Shown in pieces: positions 9,062-18,587 of a stretch of 64,000 nt of DNA. The DNA is from an uncultured virus (IMG/VR IMGVR_UViG_3300020037_001477) (Duplodnaviria; Heunggongvirae; Uroviricota; Caudoviricetes). The notes below the pieces were generated by a model, which was not told where the DNA came from, ran no database searches, and saw nothing but the letters and a program-made list of their open reading frames with translations. How positions within the stretch are numbered: the stretch's first letter is position 1; every line of letters begins with the position of its first letter. The stretch lies in the IMG/VR virus record IMGVR_UViG_3300020037_001477; one strand, written 5' to 3'. The position numbers were made by a program, and so were the translations under genes.

Positions 9062-9166
9062 ATGACGGGCATCGCACGCGGTCTTCAGGCGATCTACGAC
9101 TGGTTCATCAAGCTCAAGCGCTGGGTGGGCCGGAAGCTGCTCTTCGACAAGGGCCACGGCGCATGA
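9062..9166 (+). CDS. Small basic amphipathic peptide (34 aa)
   Basis: AGGAG SD; ATGA overlap with the next ORF. Confidence 0.5.
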   Translation: MTGIARGLQAIYDWFIKLKRWVGRKLLFDKGHGA

Positions 9167-9345
9167 GCGCGCTCGACGCGCATCTCCTGACCAGGGTTGC
9201 GGAGGCGATGGTCTGGCTGGCGCTGATGGGGAGCTTCGTCTCGCTCGTCGGCATCTGGCTCACGCTCAGGAAGATCGCCCAGGCGGCGCGCGATCTGGCC
9301 GACGAGACCGAGCAGCGCCGCTGGATCGAGGAACGTAAGTCGTGA
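9163..9345 (+). CDS. Small single-TM membrane protein
   Basis: Hydrophobic stretch MVWLALMGSFVSLVGIWLTL; 4-nt overlaps with both neighbours. Confidence 0.65.
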   Translation: MSALDAHLLTRVAEAMVWLALMGSFVSLVGIWLTLRKIAQAARDLADETEQRRWIEERKS

Positions 9346-10127
9346 CCGACCAGCCTGTCTCTGGCACGCCGGCCCCGCCGCCCCGCCGAGGGCGTCCCCC
9401 CGGCTCTGGCAAGGGCCTCGCCCAGAAGGTGCGCCTCAAGCAACAGGTCCACGGGGCGAACCAGTCCACCCAACAGATCGGCTCGATCAAGCACGGCCGG
9501 CGCACGCCGCCGGCTTTCCCGACGTCGCCCCAAGGCACGGTCGTGAAGCTCGACAAGGTGCCGGACGTCGGCGATCTCACGACCCTCGAAGACGCGGCGA
9601 TGGCCCAGGCGCGCCAGCGCTACATGGGCAACCAAGCGGTTTTCAGGGATCGGCTCTACGCGCGGCTTCCTGATGTGGCCGACCGCATCGTTGACTTCGT
9701 GCTCGCGCCCAACAAGCTGCTCTTCGACCAGAAGGGTCGCCCCTACAACATGGTCGCCGACGACACGAAGTCGATGACGAAGGAGCAGGCGCATCTCGCC
9801 AACATGATCCTGCTCAAGACCATGCAGACCATGGCTCCCATCGACGAGGACGGGAAGGCCGTGGGTCCGGCCGGTGGCACGGGGCCGGTGAAGATCATCG
9901 TCAACACGATCAACGGCTATCAGGCGAGCGACGACGCCGCGCCGGCCGGTGCGCAAGGCGAGCCCGGCGCGGGCGGAGCGCCGACCAACCTGGGGCGCAT
10001 GGGCCAAGCCAAGAGCGTGACCAGCGTCGTCTTCGACAACGGCAAGGAACAGACGCGCCAGGACGTGCCGGTGCCGGCGGTCGACGAGCCGGGGCAGATG
10101 ACCACCTTCAAGGTAGGAGGCGTGTAG
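9342..10127 (+). CDS. Putative terminase small subunit / DNA-binding protein
   Basis: Upstream of TerL; AT-hook-like RRGRPPGS; C-terminal GGTGPVKIIVN typical of TerS. Confidence 0.55.
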   Translation: MTDQPVSGTPAPPPRRGRPPGSGKGLAQKVRLKQQVHGANQSTQQIGSIKHGRRTPPAFPTSPQGTVVKLDKVPDVGDLTTLEDAAMAQARQRYMGNQAVFRDRLYARLPDVADRIVDFVLAPNKLLFDQKGRPYNMVADDTKSMTKEQAHLANMILLKTMQTMAPIDEDGKAVGPAGGTGPVKIIVNTINGYQASDDAAPAGAQGEPGAGGAPTNLGRMGQAKSVTSVVFDNGKEQTRQDVPVPAVDEPGQMTTFKVGGV

Positions 10128-10376
10128 ATGGGCACGATCAGGAAAGCCGCGTGTATGACGGGTTTCCTGTTCGCGATGGGAGCCCTCTACACCCTGCTGA
10201 TCTTTCTGCTCTTCAAGTACGTCAACGAGCCCTTCGTGCTGGCCGGCGCGGTGCCGGTCGCCACGGCTTGGTTGATCGCGCTGATCTTCGTTGGCATCAA
10301 CGTGCTGCGCCGCATCTGGAAGCGCATGGACATGATGAACGAGGACGACGAGGACTTCGACCAGTATGGCGCGTAA
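10128..10376 (+). CDS. Small two-TM membrane protein
   Basis: Two hydrophobic helices, AGGAGG SD, acidic tail. Confidence 0.65.
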   Translation: MGTIRKAACMTGFLFAMGALYTLLIFLLFKYVNEPFVLAGAVPVATAWLIALIFVGINVLRRIWKRMDMMNEDDEDFDQYGA

Positions 10377-11748
10377 ATCCACCAAGACCCCGGCGTCGGT
10401 GATCGGTGCCCAGCTTCAAGGGCACACCGGCACGCGCGAGTACCACTTCAATGTCTACACGGCGCAGAGACAGGTGCTCGAAGCGTCGATGTTTGCGCGC
10501 TATATGGTGCTCTCCTGCGGTCGCCGCTGGGGCAAGGACCACCTAGCCGCGATCAAGATCATCTCGCACTCGTTGAGCACGACGTCGCCGAAGGGCGTGA
10601 AGAAATACGCCTACATCAACCCTGTCTACAACCCGCAGAGCCGAGACAGCTTCCAGGTCTTCCTCGACTTCGCTCACGGCGCGGGCCTTGTGCAGAGCGT
10701 GATCCAGACTCCGCCGATGCGAGTAACGCTCACCAACGGGGACATCATCGTTTTCTTCTCCGCTGATCAGCCCGACAACCTGCGCGGCGGTCAGTACGAC
10801 GGCATCATCATCAACGAAGCTGGGCTGATGGCGGACCTGAAGGCCATGTGGGACGGGCCTATTCGCGCCATGCTGCTCGACCGCTTGGGCTGGTGCTGGA
10901 TTCAGGGCACGCCCAAGGGGAAGAATGCGTTCCATACGTTCTGGATGAAGGGCTTCGCACGCGAGCAGGACTACGCCGCGTTCCAGTTCAAGACTGAAGA
11001 CAACCCCTTCATGGACAAGATGGAGCTTGAGAAGATCAAGCGAGATACTCCTGAAGCAATGTGGAGACAGGAGTATTGCGGCGAGTTCATCGACGGTGCC
11101 GGCACGGTCTTCCGGGGCCTCGACGCGATGCGCCGCCGGTCGCTTGGCTTCAATCTCTTGCCCCAGGCTGACGGATGTCGTGTCGGTATCGACATCGCGC
11201 GGCACGTCGACTTCTCTGGACTCATCGCGCTGTCTCCGCGCAACGCCGTGGTTGGCTACGACCGCTTCAACAACCTCGACTGGAACGTCACCGAGCGCCG
11301 CATCAAAGGCTTCATGTCTCGCTACCGAGGTCGAGCCATGATGGACGTCAGCGGCGCGGGCGATCCGGTCTACACGAAGCTCAACCAGATGGGCGTGCCT
11401 ATCCAGCCGGTGACGTTCACCAACGCGAAGAAAGCCGCGATGGTGCAGAACCTCGCCATGATGATCGAGCAGGGAGACATGGTGATCCCGATTGCCGGGC
11501 TCACTACCGATCCGGCGAGAGACACCGTCCAGCTTTGGCGCGAGCTTAGCGTCTACACCTACGAGATCACGGCCTACGGGCGCATGCGGTACACCGCGCC
11601 GGCCGGCGAGCACGACGACATGGTCACGGCGCTGTTCCTGGCGGCGTCGGAGCTTCCGCCTATGGACTACGGCGAGGCACCGAGTAACCCGTGGGCCGGT
11701 ATCGACCTGAATGACGTGATCGAGGTAGGGGAGAGCATCTACCGCTAG
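10366..11748 (+). CDS. terL: Terminase large subunit
   Basis: Walker A CGRRWGKD, LRGGQYDGIIINEAG, GTPKGKN, RQEYCGEF, nuclease GIDIAR..D and HDDMVTALFLA. Confidence 0.95.
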   Translation: MARKSTKTPASVIGAQLQGHTGTREYHFNVYTAQRQVLEASMFARYMVLSCGRRWGKDHLAAIKIISHSLSTTSPKGVKKYAYINPVYNPQSRDSFQVFLDFAHGAGLVQSVIQTPPMRVTLTNGDIIVFFSADQPDNLRGGQYDGIIINEAGLMADLKAMWDGPIRAMLLDRLGWCWIQGTPKGKNAFHTFWMKGFAREQDYAAFQFKTEDNPFMDKMELEKIKRDTPEAMWRQEYCGEFIDGAGTVFRGLDAMRRRSLGFNLLPQADGCRVGIDIARHVDFSGLIALSPRNAVVGYDRFNNLDWNVTERRIKGFMSRYRGRAMMDVSGAGDPVYTKLNQMGVPIQPVTFTNAKKAAMVQNLAMMIEQGDMVIPIAGLTTDPARDTVQLWRELSVYTYEITAYGRMRYTAPAGEHDDMVTALFLAASELPPMDYGEAPSNPWAGIDLNDVIEVGESIYR

Positions 11749-11882
11749 AAGAGGGCTTTCAAGAGACACCAGACTTGGTGTAGGTTCCGAGCGCAGTCTT
11801 CTCGGCGGCTGGGTAGGAAGAGCGGGTGAGACGGGCCGAGACGGGCTCCCTGCGATTAGAACTCCCCATGGAGGGTACCCAA

Positions 11883-12650
11883 ATGCTGAAGTGGCCTCTT
11901 CCCACCTTTAAGGGGTCGCCGAAAATCCGCGCTTCGCGGACGTCCGGCGCACCCCAATACAGCTTTGCAGGCTTCCCGCTTGCCGGGCTGGGCATCACCA
12001 CGCTGGGTGTGCCGATCCTGCGCGGTGGCACGGCGACCGACACGATCAACGACAGCAGCCCGGCGGCGATCCCGTTGACGACACCCGTCTCGCTGATCTC
12101 GATGACGGGTTCCGGCAACCTCAACCTCACGCTCGCGGACGGCGTCGCCGGTCAGGAAAAGACCCTGATCCTCATCGCCAAGTCCGGCACCGGCAATCCG
12201 GTGATCACGCCGGCCAACTTCCACGGCTACACCAACCTCACCATGCGGAACGCGGGTGCGGTGGTCGTGCTGCGGTTCGAGGGCGGCGAGTGGGGCATCG
12301 TCGGGATGGGCGGCAAGCCCGATGACATCGCCATCGACACGACGGACGAGACGATCACCGGGGCTGGCGCGCTCACGCCGAACCGCAAGGTGACTCGTCT
12401 CCAGACGTCGAGCGGCGTCGATGTGGCGATCACGCTCGCCAACATGAGCCCCTCGGGCCTCGGCAACTTCGAGAAGCTGATCTACATGGAGACCAAGGGC
12501 GGGGCCGGCAACTACGTGCTGACGCCGACCGCGCTCATGGGCTACACGACGATCACCTTCAACACCATCGGTGATGCCGTGCTGCTTCGGTGGGGTTCCG
12601 GCATCGCCCGCTGGATCGTCGCCTCCAACCAGGGCTGCACGCTGGCGTAA
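11883..12650 (+). CDS. Virion structural protein with two copies of a beta-rich domain (possible head fibre/decoration)
   Basis: GGAGGG SD before ATG 11883; internal duplication TLA..EK.I..TP..GYT.(L/I)T..G..V.LR(F/W)..W. Confidence 0.65.
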   Translation: MLKWPLPTFKGSPKIRASRTSGAPQYSFAGFPLAGLGITTLGVPILRGGTATDTINDSSPAAIPLTTPVSLISMTGSGNLNLTLADGVAGQEKTLILIAKSGTGNPVITPANFHGYTNLTMRNAGAVVVLRFEGGEWGIVGMGGKPDDIAIDTTDETITGAGALTPNRKVTRLQTSSGVDVAITLANMSPSGLGNFEKLIYMETKGGAGNYVLTPTALMGYTTITFNTIGDAVLLRWGSGIARWIVASNQGCTLA

Positions 12651-12700
12651 GCCGGCCCGCTGCCCAGCTTCAGCAACTCGCATAGAAGGACATCTACATC

Positions 12701-13171
12701 ATGGCAAACGACCGCAACTTCCCTCTGGTGATGACGCCCATTCCGGCTTCGGCCGGCTCGACGCTGCTTGGCGCGGCGGCGGGCGGCGACCGCAACGCCG
12801 GCCTGGGCCTCTCGAACAGCGGCATCCCGGTGCTGAACTCTGCGAAGAACACGCAGATTTTGACCACCGCTGCCCCGACCATGCCGCGTGGCGCGAGCGT
12901 CCTCCTGTTCGACACGACCGCGAACGCCATCGCGATGTCGCTGGCGGACGGCGAGGTCGACAACGAGATGGTCTTCCTCGCGTTGCAGGCGCGGCCGGGC
13001 GCGGACGACGTGACGATCTCGCCGGTCTCGTCGAACATCCGGGGCGCGCCGACCAGCATCGTGTTCAACGCGGTCGGCGACAGCGCGCTGCTGCGCTGGG
13101 TCGTGGAGAACTACACGACCGGTGCCGGCAAGTGGTACATCGTCGCCAGCAACAGCGCGACGATCAGCTAA
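12701..13171 (+). CDS. Virion structural protein, paralog of the preceding gene
   Basis: SLADG..P..IVFNAVGDSALLRW..WYIVASN aligns with the preceding protein. Confidence 0.65.
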   Translation: MANDRNFPLVMTPIPASAGSTLLGAAAGGDRNAGLGLSNSGIPVLNSAKNTQILTTAAPTMPRGASVLLFDTTANAIAMSLADGEVDNEMVFLALQARPGADDVTISPVSSNIRGAPTSIVFNAVGDSALLRWVVENYTTGAGKWYIVASNSATIS

Positions 13172-13193
13172 GCCTAGCTGGGGAGCAGCAACT

Positions 13194-15647
13194 ATGGCGG
13201 CACGGAAGGGACGAGGCACGGACGGCTATCGTCGTGGCAGCAAGACCACGCCGACCGATCCTCGTGCTGACCGCGTAGATGCACGCACCTTTGCGTTTCC
13301 GAACGTGGAGACACGCGTGCCCTATCCGGTCGGCGGTCCCGACCGTGCCGCCGAGTTGCAGACGACGCTGACGGCGGACTTCGACGGCATGCGGGAGGTC
13401 GCGCTCCAGAGCGCGGTCAACCCGATGGGAGCCGAGGTCGAAGAGCCTGAAGAGACAGAGACGAACGACGCGGCCGAGGATGCCGCCGAGGGCGAGACAG
13501 ACGACATGCCGATGTGGGGCACGGCCCCCGCACCGGAGATCGAAGCCAAGCTGACGCAGGCCAAGGTCGACAAGGCGGAGCAGACCATCGAGCGCGAGCG
13601 CGTCGAGGGCGAGCGCAGCACGGTGCATGTTGTCTCTTATGTCCCCGAGGCCGAGCACCGGACGCCAGCCAACTGCGCCAATGCGCTAAATCACAACCAG
13701 AACGCCGCCGAGTTTCTCAGCGACGAGATGGAGAAAGACCTCGTTGATCTGGTGCAGGCATGTTTCGATATGTCGCACGCCTCCATCGAAGAGCGTTACA
13801 ATCACTGGCAGGAAGCTGAGATCGCGCACGATGTCTATGTGCCGACGTCGAAGCTGAGCGAAGCCAAGAAATCCAACGTGAAGACGCGCCGAGGGATGAA
13901 GCCCCGCCTCGTCGACACGATCATGACCCCGTACAGCCGTGCGATCAGCGACACGCAAGCCACTTACATGCTGGCCGTGTTCGGCGGCAATCCAGCGTTT
14001 CGCATCGAGCCCATCGGCAAGCGCGGTACGCGGCAGTCGGCCAAGATTATCGAGACCGAGTTGCACGCCAACATGCGCCGCATCGGCTTCGAGGCTCGCC
14101 TCTATCAGATGGCGCTCGACAACAATCGCTATGGTATGTGCCCGACCGCCATCTTCTGGGGTGACGGCGGCAACGTGCCGGTCAACATCGACCCGTGGAA
14201 TTTCTTCCCCGATCCGCGCACGACATCGCAGAACCGTCACGAGAGCGAGTTCATGGGCTGGCGCACGACGTCGAGCTTGAGCGCGCTGTTTCGGCGGAAG
14301 ATGTACCAGAACCTTCACAAGCTGAAGCAGTCGCGCGGCAACAACAAGCGGTCGTCCTGGCGCTGCAACCTGGAAATCAGAGACAGCATTCGCGGGCAGT
14401 CGATTGACCAGACGCTCGATCCGGTCAGCGGCAACGCCGCGCGCTTCCAGCTTGGCGCGCTGCACACGATCAACTCGCTGTATATCTGGCTCGACCCGAC
14501 GATGGTGGGTATCCCCGCGCCGTTCGGGCTCTATCGCATCGTGGTCGCGGATGAAGAGCACATCCTGCTCTTCGACCGCACGCCGTTCATGCACAACCAA
14601 ATCCCGGTGATCTTCGGCAGCGCCGGCTACGACGCGCATAAGACCTTCATGAGCGGCACCTACGACTTGATCATGCCGCTTCAGCGCTTCCAGGATTGGC
14701 TCCTGCGCTCGCGCGTCGAGAACGTGCAGGCCTTGATCCAGAGCCGGTTGATCGTCGATCCGACGAAGGTCAACGTGCTCGACATCCTCCAGCCGAACGC
14801 CGCGCGTTTGATCCGCACGCTGTCGGGGCAGAACCCGAAAGAGGGCGTCATGCCCATCGCCGTCGAGGATGCGACGCGCGGCTTCTGGAACGATATGTCG
14901 AACACCGGAGACTTGATGCAGCGTGTCTCCGCTGCGAACGACACCGCGCAGGGTGTGCAGAGCGAGACACAGCGCACCGCGACCGAGATCGCGCGCATCA
15001 CCGCGCTGGGGCAGCAACGCCTGGGCATGAACGCGCGGCTCATGAGTTCAACCACGGTTCGTCCGATGGTTCTCCAGATGGTCTCGAACCTTCAGGAGTT
15101 CGGTGTCGACGGCGGGCACATTCAGCTTCCGTCTCCGTTCAACAAGAACGCGCGTGACGGCTGGGTGCAGTGGGCGCGCAACGACATCCAGGGTGCCTAT
15201 GACTATCTGATCGTCGATGGCACGCTGCCTGTCTCTCCGACCGAGAATGCGGACAACATCCGCCGCGCCATCGAGATGCTTGTCCAGGCACAGCAAGCCG
15301 GGCTTGCTCGTAGCTGGAATGTGGACGCGCTGGTCGAGCGGCTCGCCAATACCTGGGGCATCGAAGACACGACGCCGTTCAAGTATCCCGATGGCGGACA
15401 GGCCCCGCTGGCGAGCACGCCTGACGCGCGGGCTGCGCTCAAGGCTGCGCAAATCCAGCAGCAGGGCCAGCTTGCCAACACGGCGTTGCAGAACAACGTC
15501 GTGCGTGACGAGGAAGCCGCGCGCATGCTGGAGAAGGGTGACGTCGTCCCCGCCAGCGTTGCGCAAGCCGAGGCCGGCGGTGCGATCCCCGAAGGGTTGC
15601 TGCCCGGCCCGCCGCTCCCGAGTAACTTCCCGCAGTACATGCAATGA
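13194..15647 (+). CDS. Portal protein (podovirus type) with long acidic N-terminal extension
   Basis: Position after TerL; IDPWNFFPDP and QRTATEI motifs; Q-rich C-terminus; GGGGAG SD before ATG 13194. Confidence 0.85.
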   Translation: MAARKGRGTDGYRRGSKTTPTDPRADRVDARTFAFPNVETRVPYPVGGPDRAAELQTTLTADFDGMREVALQSAVNPMGAEVEEPEETETNDAAEDAAEGETDDMPMWGTAPAPEIEAKLTQAKVDKAEQTIERERVEGERSTVHVVSYVPEAEHRTPANCANALNHNQNAAEFLSDEMEKDLVDLVQACFDMSHASIEERYNHWQEAEIAHDVYVPTSKLSEAKKSNVKTRRGMKPRLVDTIMTPYSRAISDTQATYMLAVFGGNPAFRIEPIGKRGTRQSAKIIETELHANMRRIGFEARLYQMALDNNRYGMCPTAIFWGDGGNVPVNIDPWNFFPDPRTTSQNRHESEFMGWRTTSSLSALFRRKMYQNLHKLKQSRGNNKRSSWRCNLEIRDSIRGQSIDQTLDPVSGNAARFQLGALHTINSLYIWLDPTMVGIPAPFGLYRIVVADEEHILLFDRTPFMHNQIPVIFGSAGYDAHKTFMSGTYDLIMPLQRFQDWLLRSRVENVQALIQSRLIVDPTKVNVLDILQPNAARLIRTLSGQNPKEGVMPIAVEDATRGFWNDMSNTGDLMQRVSAANDTAQGVQSETQRTATEIARITALGQQRLGMNARLMSSTTVRPMVLQMVSNLQEFGVDGGHIQLPSPFNKNARDGWVQWARNDIQGAYDYLIVDGTLPVSPTENADNIRRAIEMLVQAQQAGLARSWNVDALVERLANTWGIEDTTPFKYPDGGQAPLASTPDARAALKAAQIQQQGQLANTALQNNVVRDEEAARMLEKGDVVPASVAQAEAGGAIPEGLLPGPPLPSNFPQYMQ

Positions 15648-15937
15648 GCAAGAAGATCACGCACGCAGAGCTTCTTGTCGCGTTCGAGGCGATCCAGAGC
15701 AACGTGTTCTGGCGTCTCTTCACGGCGGCACTGAAGGAGCAAGAGGACAACGCCCTCGCTGTCCTCGGAAACATGGAAGCGTTGAAGGGTGCCCCCGATG
15801 CACACCTTCGCGTAGCCGGGGGCGCTTACAGTATGATCCGCACCGTTCGTGGGTTGCCAAAGTCTCTTCTCGATCAGGTCAAGGCCAACGAGGAAATGAT
15901 GGCGGCAACCAACGCGCAGGAGGATGACGGAGAATAA
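15644..15937 (+). CDS. Small protein between portal and scaffold
   Basis: ATGA overlap with portal; usual position in podovirus head modules. Confidence 0.7.
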   Translation: MSKKITHAELLVAFEAIQSNVFWRLFTAALKEQEDNALAVLGNMEALKGAPDAHLRVAGGAYSMIRTVRGLPKSLLDQVKANEEMMAATNAQEDDGE

Positions 15938-15939
15938 CG

Positions 15940-17046
15940 ATGGCTACTACCCCTCCCACCGAAGCTGCTGTGACGAACGCCAAGAATCCGCCGGGCACCG
16001 CGACGCCGAGTTCGCCGCCCAAGACCGAGGGCAATGCCTCTGCGACCGACAAGCGGTTCGCCGAGTGGGGCTCCGATCTGTCGAAGCCGGCCGGCATGAA
16101 GGCCACCAACCCGCGTGGGCAGAGCGGTGACGGCGGCAATCCGTCTGGCTCGCAGGGTGACGCCGCGAAGCCAGCCGATGGCGGTGCGCCGGCCGCTGCC
16201 AACGGCAAGATCGTGGTCAAGTTCAAGGGTGCGGATCGCGAGTACGACACCGAGGCCGCGCGCAATCTGATCCAGCAGGGGCTCGCCTTGCAGGACAAGC
16301 ACACCGCGCTCAAGCCTGTGATCGACGGGACCGAGCAGTTGATGCAGCGCATCGGCGTCAATGACCCGCAGGTGTTCCTGAACACCATCGTGGCCGGGCT
16401 CCAGGCGCTCAGCGAGAAGCAGACCGGTGCCAACGCCCGCGCCGCCGCGCCGAACGGCGGAGAGCAGATCGACCCTGCCGCTGCCCAGAGCGCCGGCAAC
16501 GTCGATGTCAACGCGGCGCTCGCCGACTTCGAGAAAGAGAACGGCATCGTTCTGACGCCGGCTTTCAAGGCGATGATGACCAACATCGCCAAGAACTCGA
16601 ACAGCGTCGCGGCAGTCGCCGGCACCCTGCCGACGTTGCAGGCGCAGATCGAGAAGCTGGCGAATGGCGAACGGTTGCGCGGGATGAAGGCGCAGGCCGA
16701 CGCGGTCAACACCGCTGCGGTCGCGGCGCGAGACAAGAACAACCTGACGGACGACGACTACACCGACTTCCAGGCGTTTGTCGACGAGACCGACAAGGTG
16801 TTCCCCGGCTTCAAGACCCGCATCCAGACCGATCCGAACGCCGTGACCTACGCGATCAATCGCTTCGCGATGGAGCGCAAGGGAACGGCCGCGATCAAGA
16901 CCCAGGCCGAGATGGATGCCGAAGCCCGTCAGCGCGCCGGGCGCGCGGGTGGCGACACTGTCTCCGCGCGTGGGACCGGCGGCGCGCCGGGCAGCACGGG
17001 CTCGTCGACGAAGACCTTCAACGACGAGATGCTGCGCACTCTCTAG
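15940..17046 (+). CDS. Capsid scaffolding protein
   Basis: Low-complexity N-terminus, VKFKGADREY, helical body, immediately upstream of the major capsid gene. Confidence 0.7.
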   Translation: MATTPPTEAAVTNAKNPPGTATPSSPPKTEGNASATDKRFAEWGSDLSKPAGMKATNPRGQSGDGGNPSGSQGDAAKPADGGAPAAANGKIVVKFKGADREYDTEAARNLIQQGLALQDKHTALKPVIDGTEQLMQRIGVNDPQVFLNTIVAGLQALSEKQTGANARAAAPNGGEQIDPAAAQSAGNVDVNAALADFEKENGIVLTPAFKAMMTNIAKNSNSVAAVAGTLPTLQAQIEKLANGERLRGMKAQADAVNTAAVAARDKNNLTDDDYTDFQAFVDETDKVFPGFKTRIQTDPNAVTYAINRFAMERKGTAAIKTQAEMDAEARQRAGRAGGDTVSARGTGGAPGSTGSSTKTFNDEMLRTL

Positions 17047-17063
17047 CAGGGCCGGGGCCGGCG

Positions 17064-17091
17064 GGGGCGGGGAGCGATCCTCGCCCCTTTT
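17064..17091 (+). terminator. Rho-independent terminator after scaffold gene
   Basis: GGGGCGGGGA-GCGA-TCCTCGCCCC stem with GNRA loop followed by TTTT. Confidence 0.65.
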
Positions 17092-17094
17092 CGT

Positions 17095-17124
17095 TTGACA
17101 GCCGCACAAGCTGTAGCTTAGGTT
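17095..17124 (+). promoter_or_regulatory. Putative sigma70-like promoter for the major capsid gene
   Basis: Perfect TTGACA with TAGGTT 18 bp downstream. Confidence 0.45.
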
Positions 17125-17294
17125 AACGCTCAACCGCATACCTGTATGCCAACCCTTCGGCTAAGCGGTTCCTCGGACCACGCTGCGGCGCGGCTACCGA
17201 CCGAACCCAAGCCCTCCGGGAGCAACACGAGGGAAGCGGGATGTCCGCTGGCCTAGCCAGCTACGTCCTCTTCGTGTTCACACTGGAGATTTCC

Positions 17295-18473
17295 ATGGCC
17301 GCTTTGCTTGGCATGCTTGGCACGGGTGACTTCCCGGCCGACCACCGTCCCGAAAACTGGCGCGAGAAGTATCTGCTGCTGGAGCCGAACGGTTCCGCGC
17401 CGCTGACCGCGATGCTCGCGATGCTCGCTTCGGAGAGCACCGACGACCCGGTCTACCACAACTTCCGCAAGGACTTGCCGGGGTTCACCTTCCTGCACTC
17501 CGGTTCGGCGCTCGCCGCCGCGACCGTCATCACCGCCGTGTCGAGCGACGACCTGTCGTTCTTCCGCGCCGGGATGCTGATCCGCAACTACCGCACGGGT
17601 GAAGTCCTGAAGGTCACGTCGAAGCCGACGCCGACCACGCTGAACGTCACGCGCGGCGTCGGCCAGAGCGGCACCGGTCAGGCGATCAACGCCAACGACG
17701 TGTTCTTCATGGTTGGCAACTCCAACCCGGAAGGCGCGGATACCCCGGAGGCCGTGCAGCACAACGCGGCGAGCACGACCAACCACTGCCAGATTTTCCG
17801 CGATCCGGTGAAGATCACCCGCACGGCGATGCAGACCAACTTCCGTACTGGCGACCAGTACAAGGAGAAGGCCCGCGACAGCCTGAAGCACCACATGATG
17901 GCCATGGAGCGCGCCTTCCTGTGGGGCCGCTACGACAGCATCACCGGTTCCAACGGCGAGCCGGAACGCTACACGGGCGGGCTGATCTCGGCCCTCTCGA
18001 CCAACGTGCTCGATCTCGCGGCGGCGTCCACGCCGAACACGCTGACCGAGCAGGACTTCGACGCCTTCCTGGCGCAGTACGCGTTTGCCTACGGGTCCAG
18101 CAGCAAGCTGGCCATCGTCGGCTGGCGCGTCGCCGACCTTCTCCAGCGCATGGCGAAGGACCGGTGGCAGATCGCCATGATGAACGGCGGCGGCACCTAC
18201 GGCATGACCTTCACGGCCTACGACACGTTCGCCGGCCGGCTGATGGTCAAGACGCATCCGATGTTCCGGCAGATCAGCGGTGCCGAGGACATGATGCTGA
18301 TCGTCGACACGGCGGACCTGCGCTACCGCTATGTCCAGGACACGGTCCTGCTGAAGGACCGCCAGTCCCCCGGCATCGACGGTGTCGTGGACGAGTACCT
18401 GACCGAGTGCGGCCTGGAGCTTCTCCAGGAGAAGACGCACGCGCTGATCCTCGGGTGGCAGCAGGTCGCCTAA
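17295..18473 (+). CDS. Major capsid protein (DUF5309/SU10-like HK97 fold)
   Basis: GNSNPEGAD, NHCQIFR, MERAFLWG, RYTGGL, YLTECGLE motifs; strongest codon bias; GGAG SD before ATG 17295. Confidence 0.9.
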   Translation: MAALLGMLGTGDFPADHRPENWREKYLLLEPNGSAPLTAMLAMLASESTDDPVYHNFRKDLPGFTFLHSGSALAAATVITAVSSDDLSFFRAGMLIRNYRTGEVLKVTSKPTPTTLNVTRGVGQSGTGQAINANDVFFMVGNSNPEGADTPEAVQHNAASTTNHCQIFRDPVKITRTAMQTNFRTGDQYKEKARDSLKHHMMAMERAFLWGRYDSITGSNGEPERYTGGLISALSTNVLDLAAASTPNTLTEQDFDAFLAQYAFAYGSSSKLAIVGWRVADLLQRMAKDRWQIAMMNGGGTYGMTFTAYDTFAGRLMVKTHPMFRQISGAEDMMLIVDTADLRYRYVQDTVLLKDRQSPGIDGVVDEYLTECGLELLQEKTHALILGWQQVA

Positions 18474-18587
18474 CGGGTCCGGCCTGGGGTTAGCTCCAGG
18501 GTGGAGGGGGAGCCAGGGGTGGGGTATAATAGCCCCGCCCCTGGTGTCTATCAGGGGCTTGGCAACACCATCCATGGAGCTACCCCG

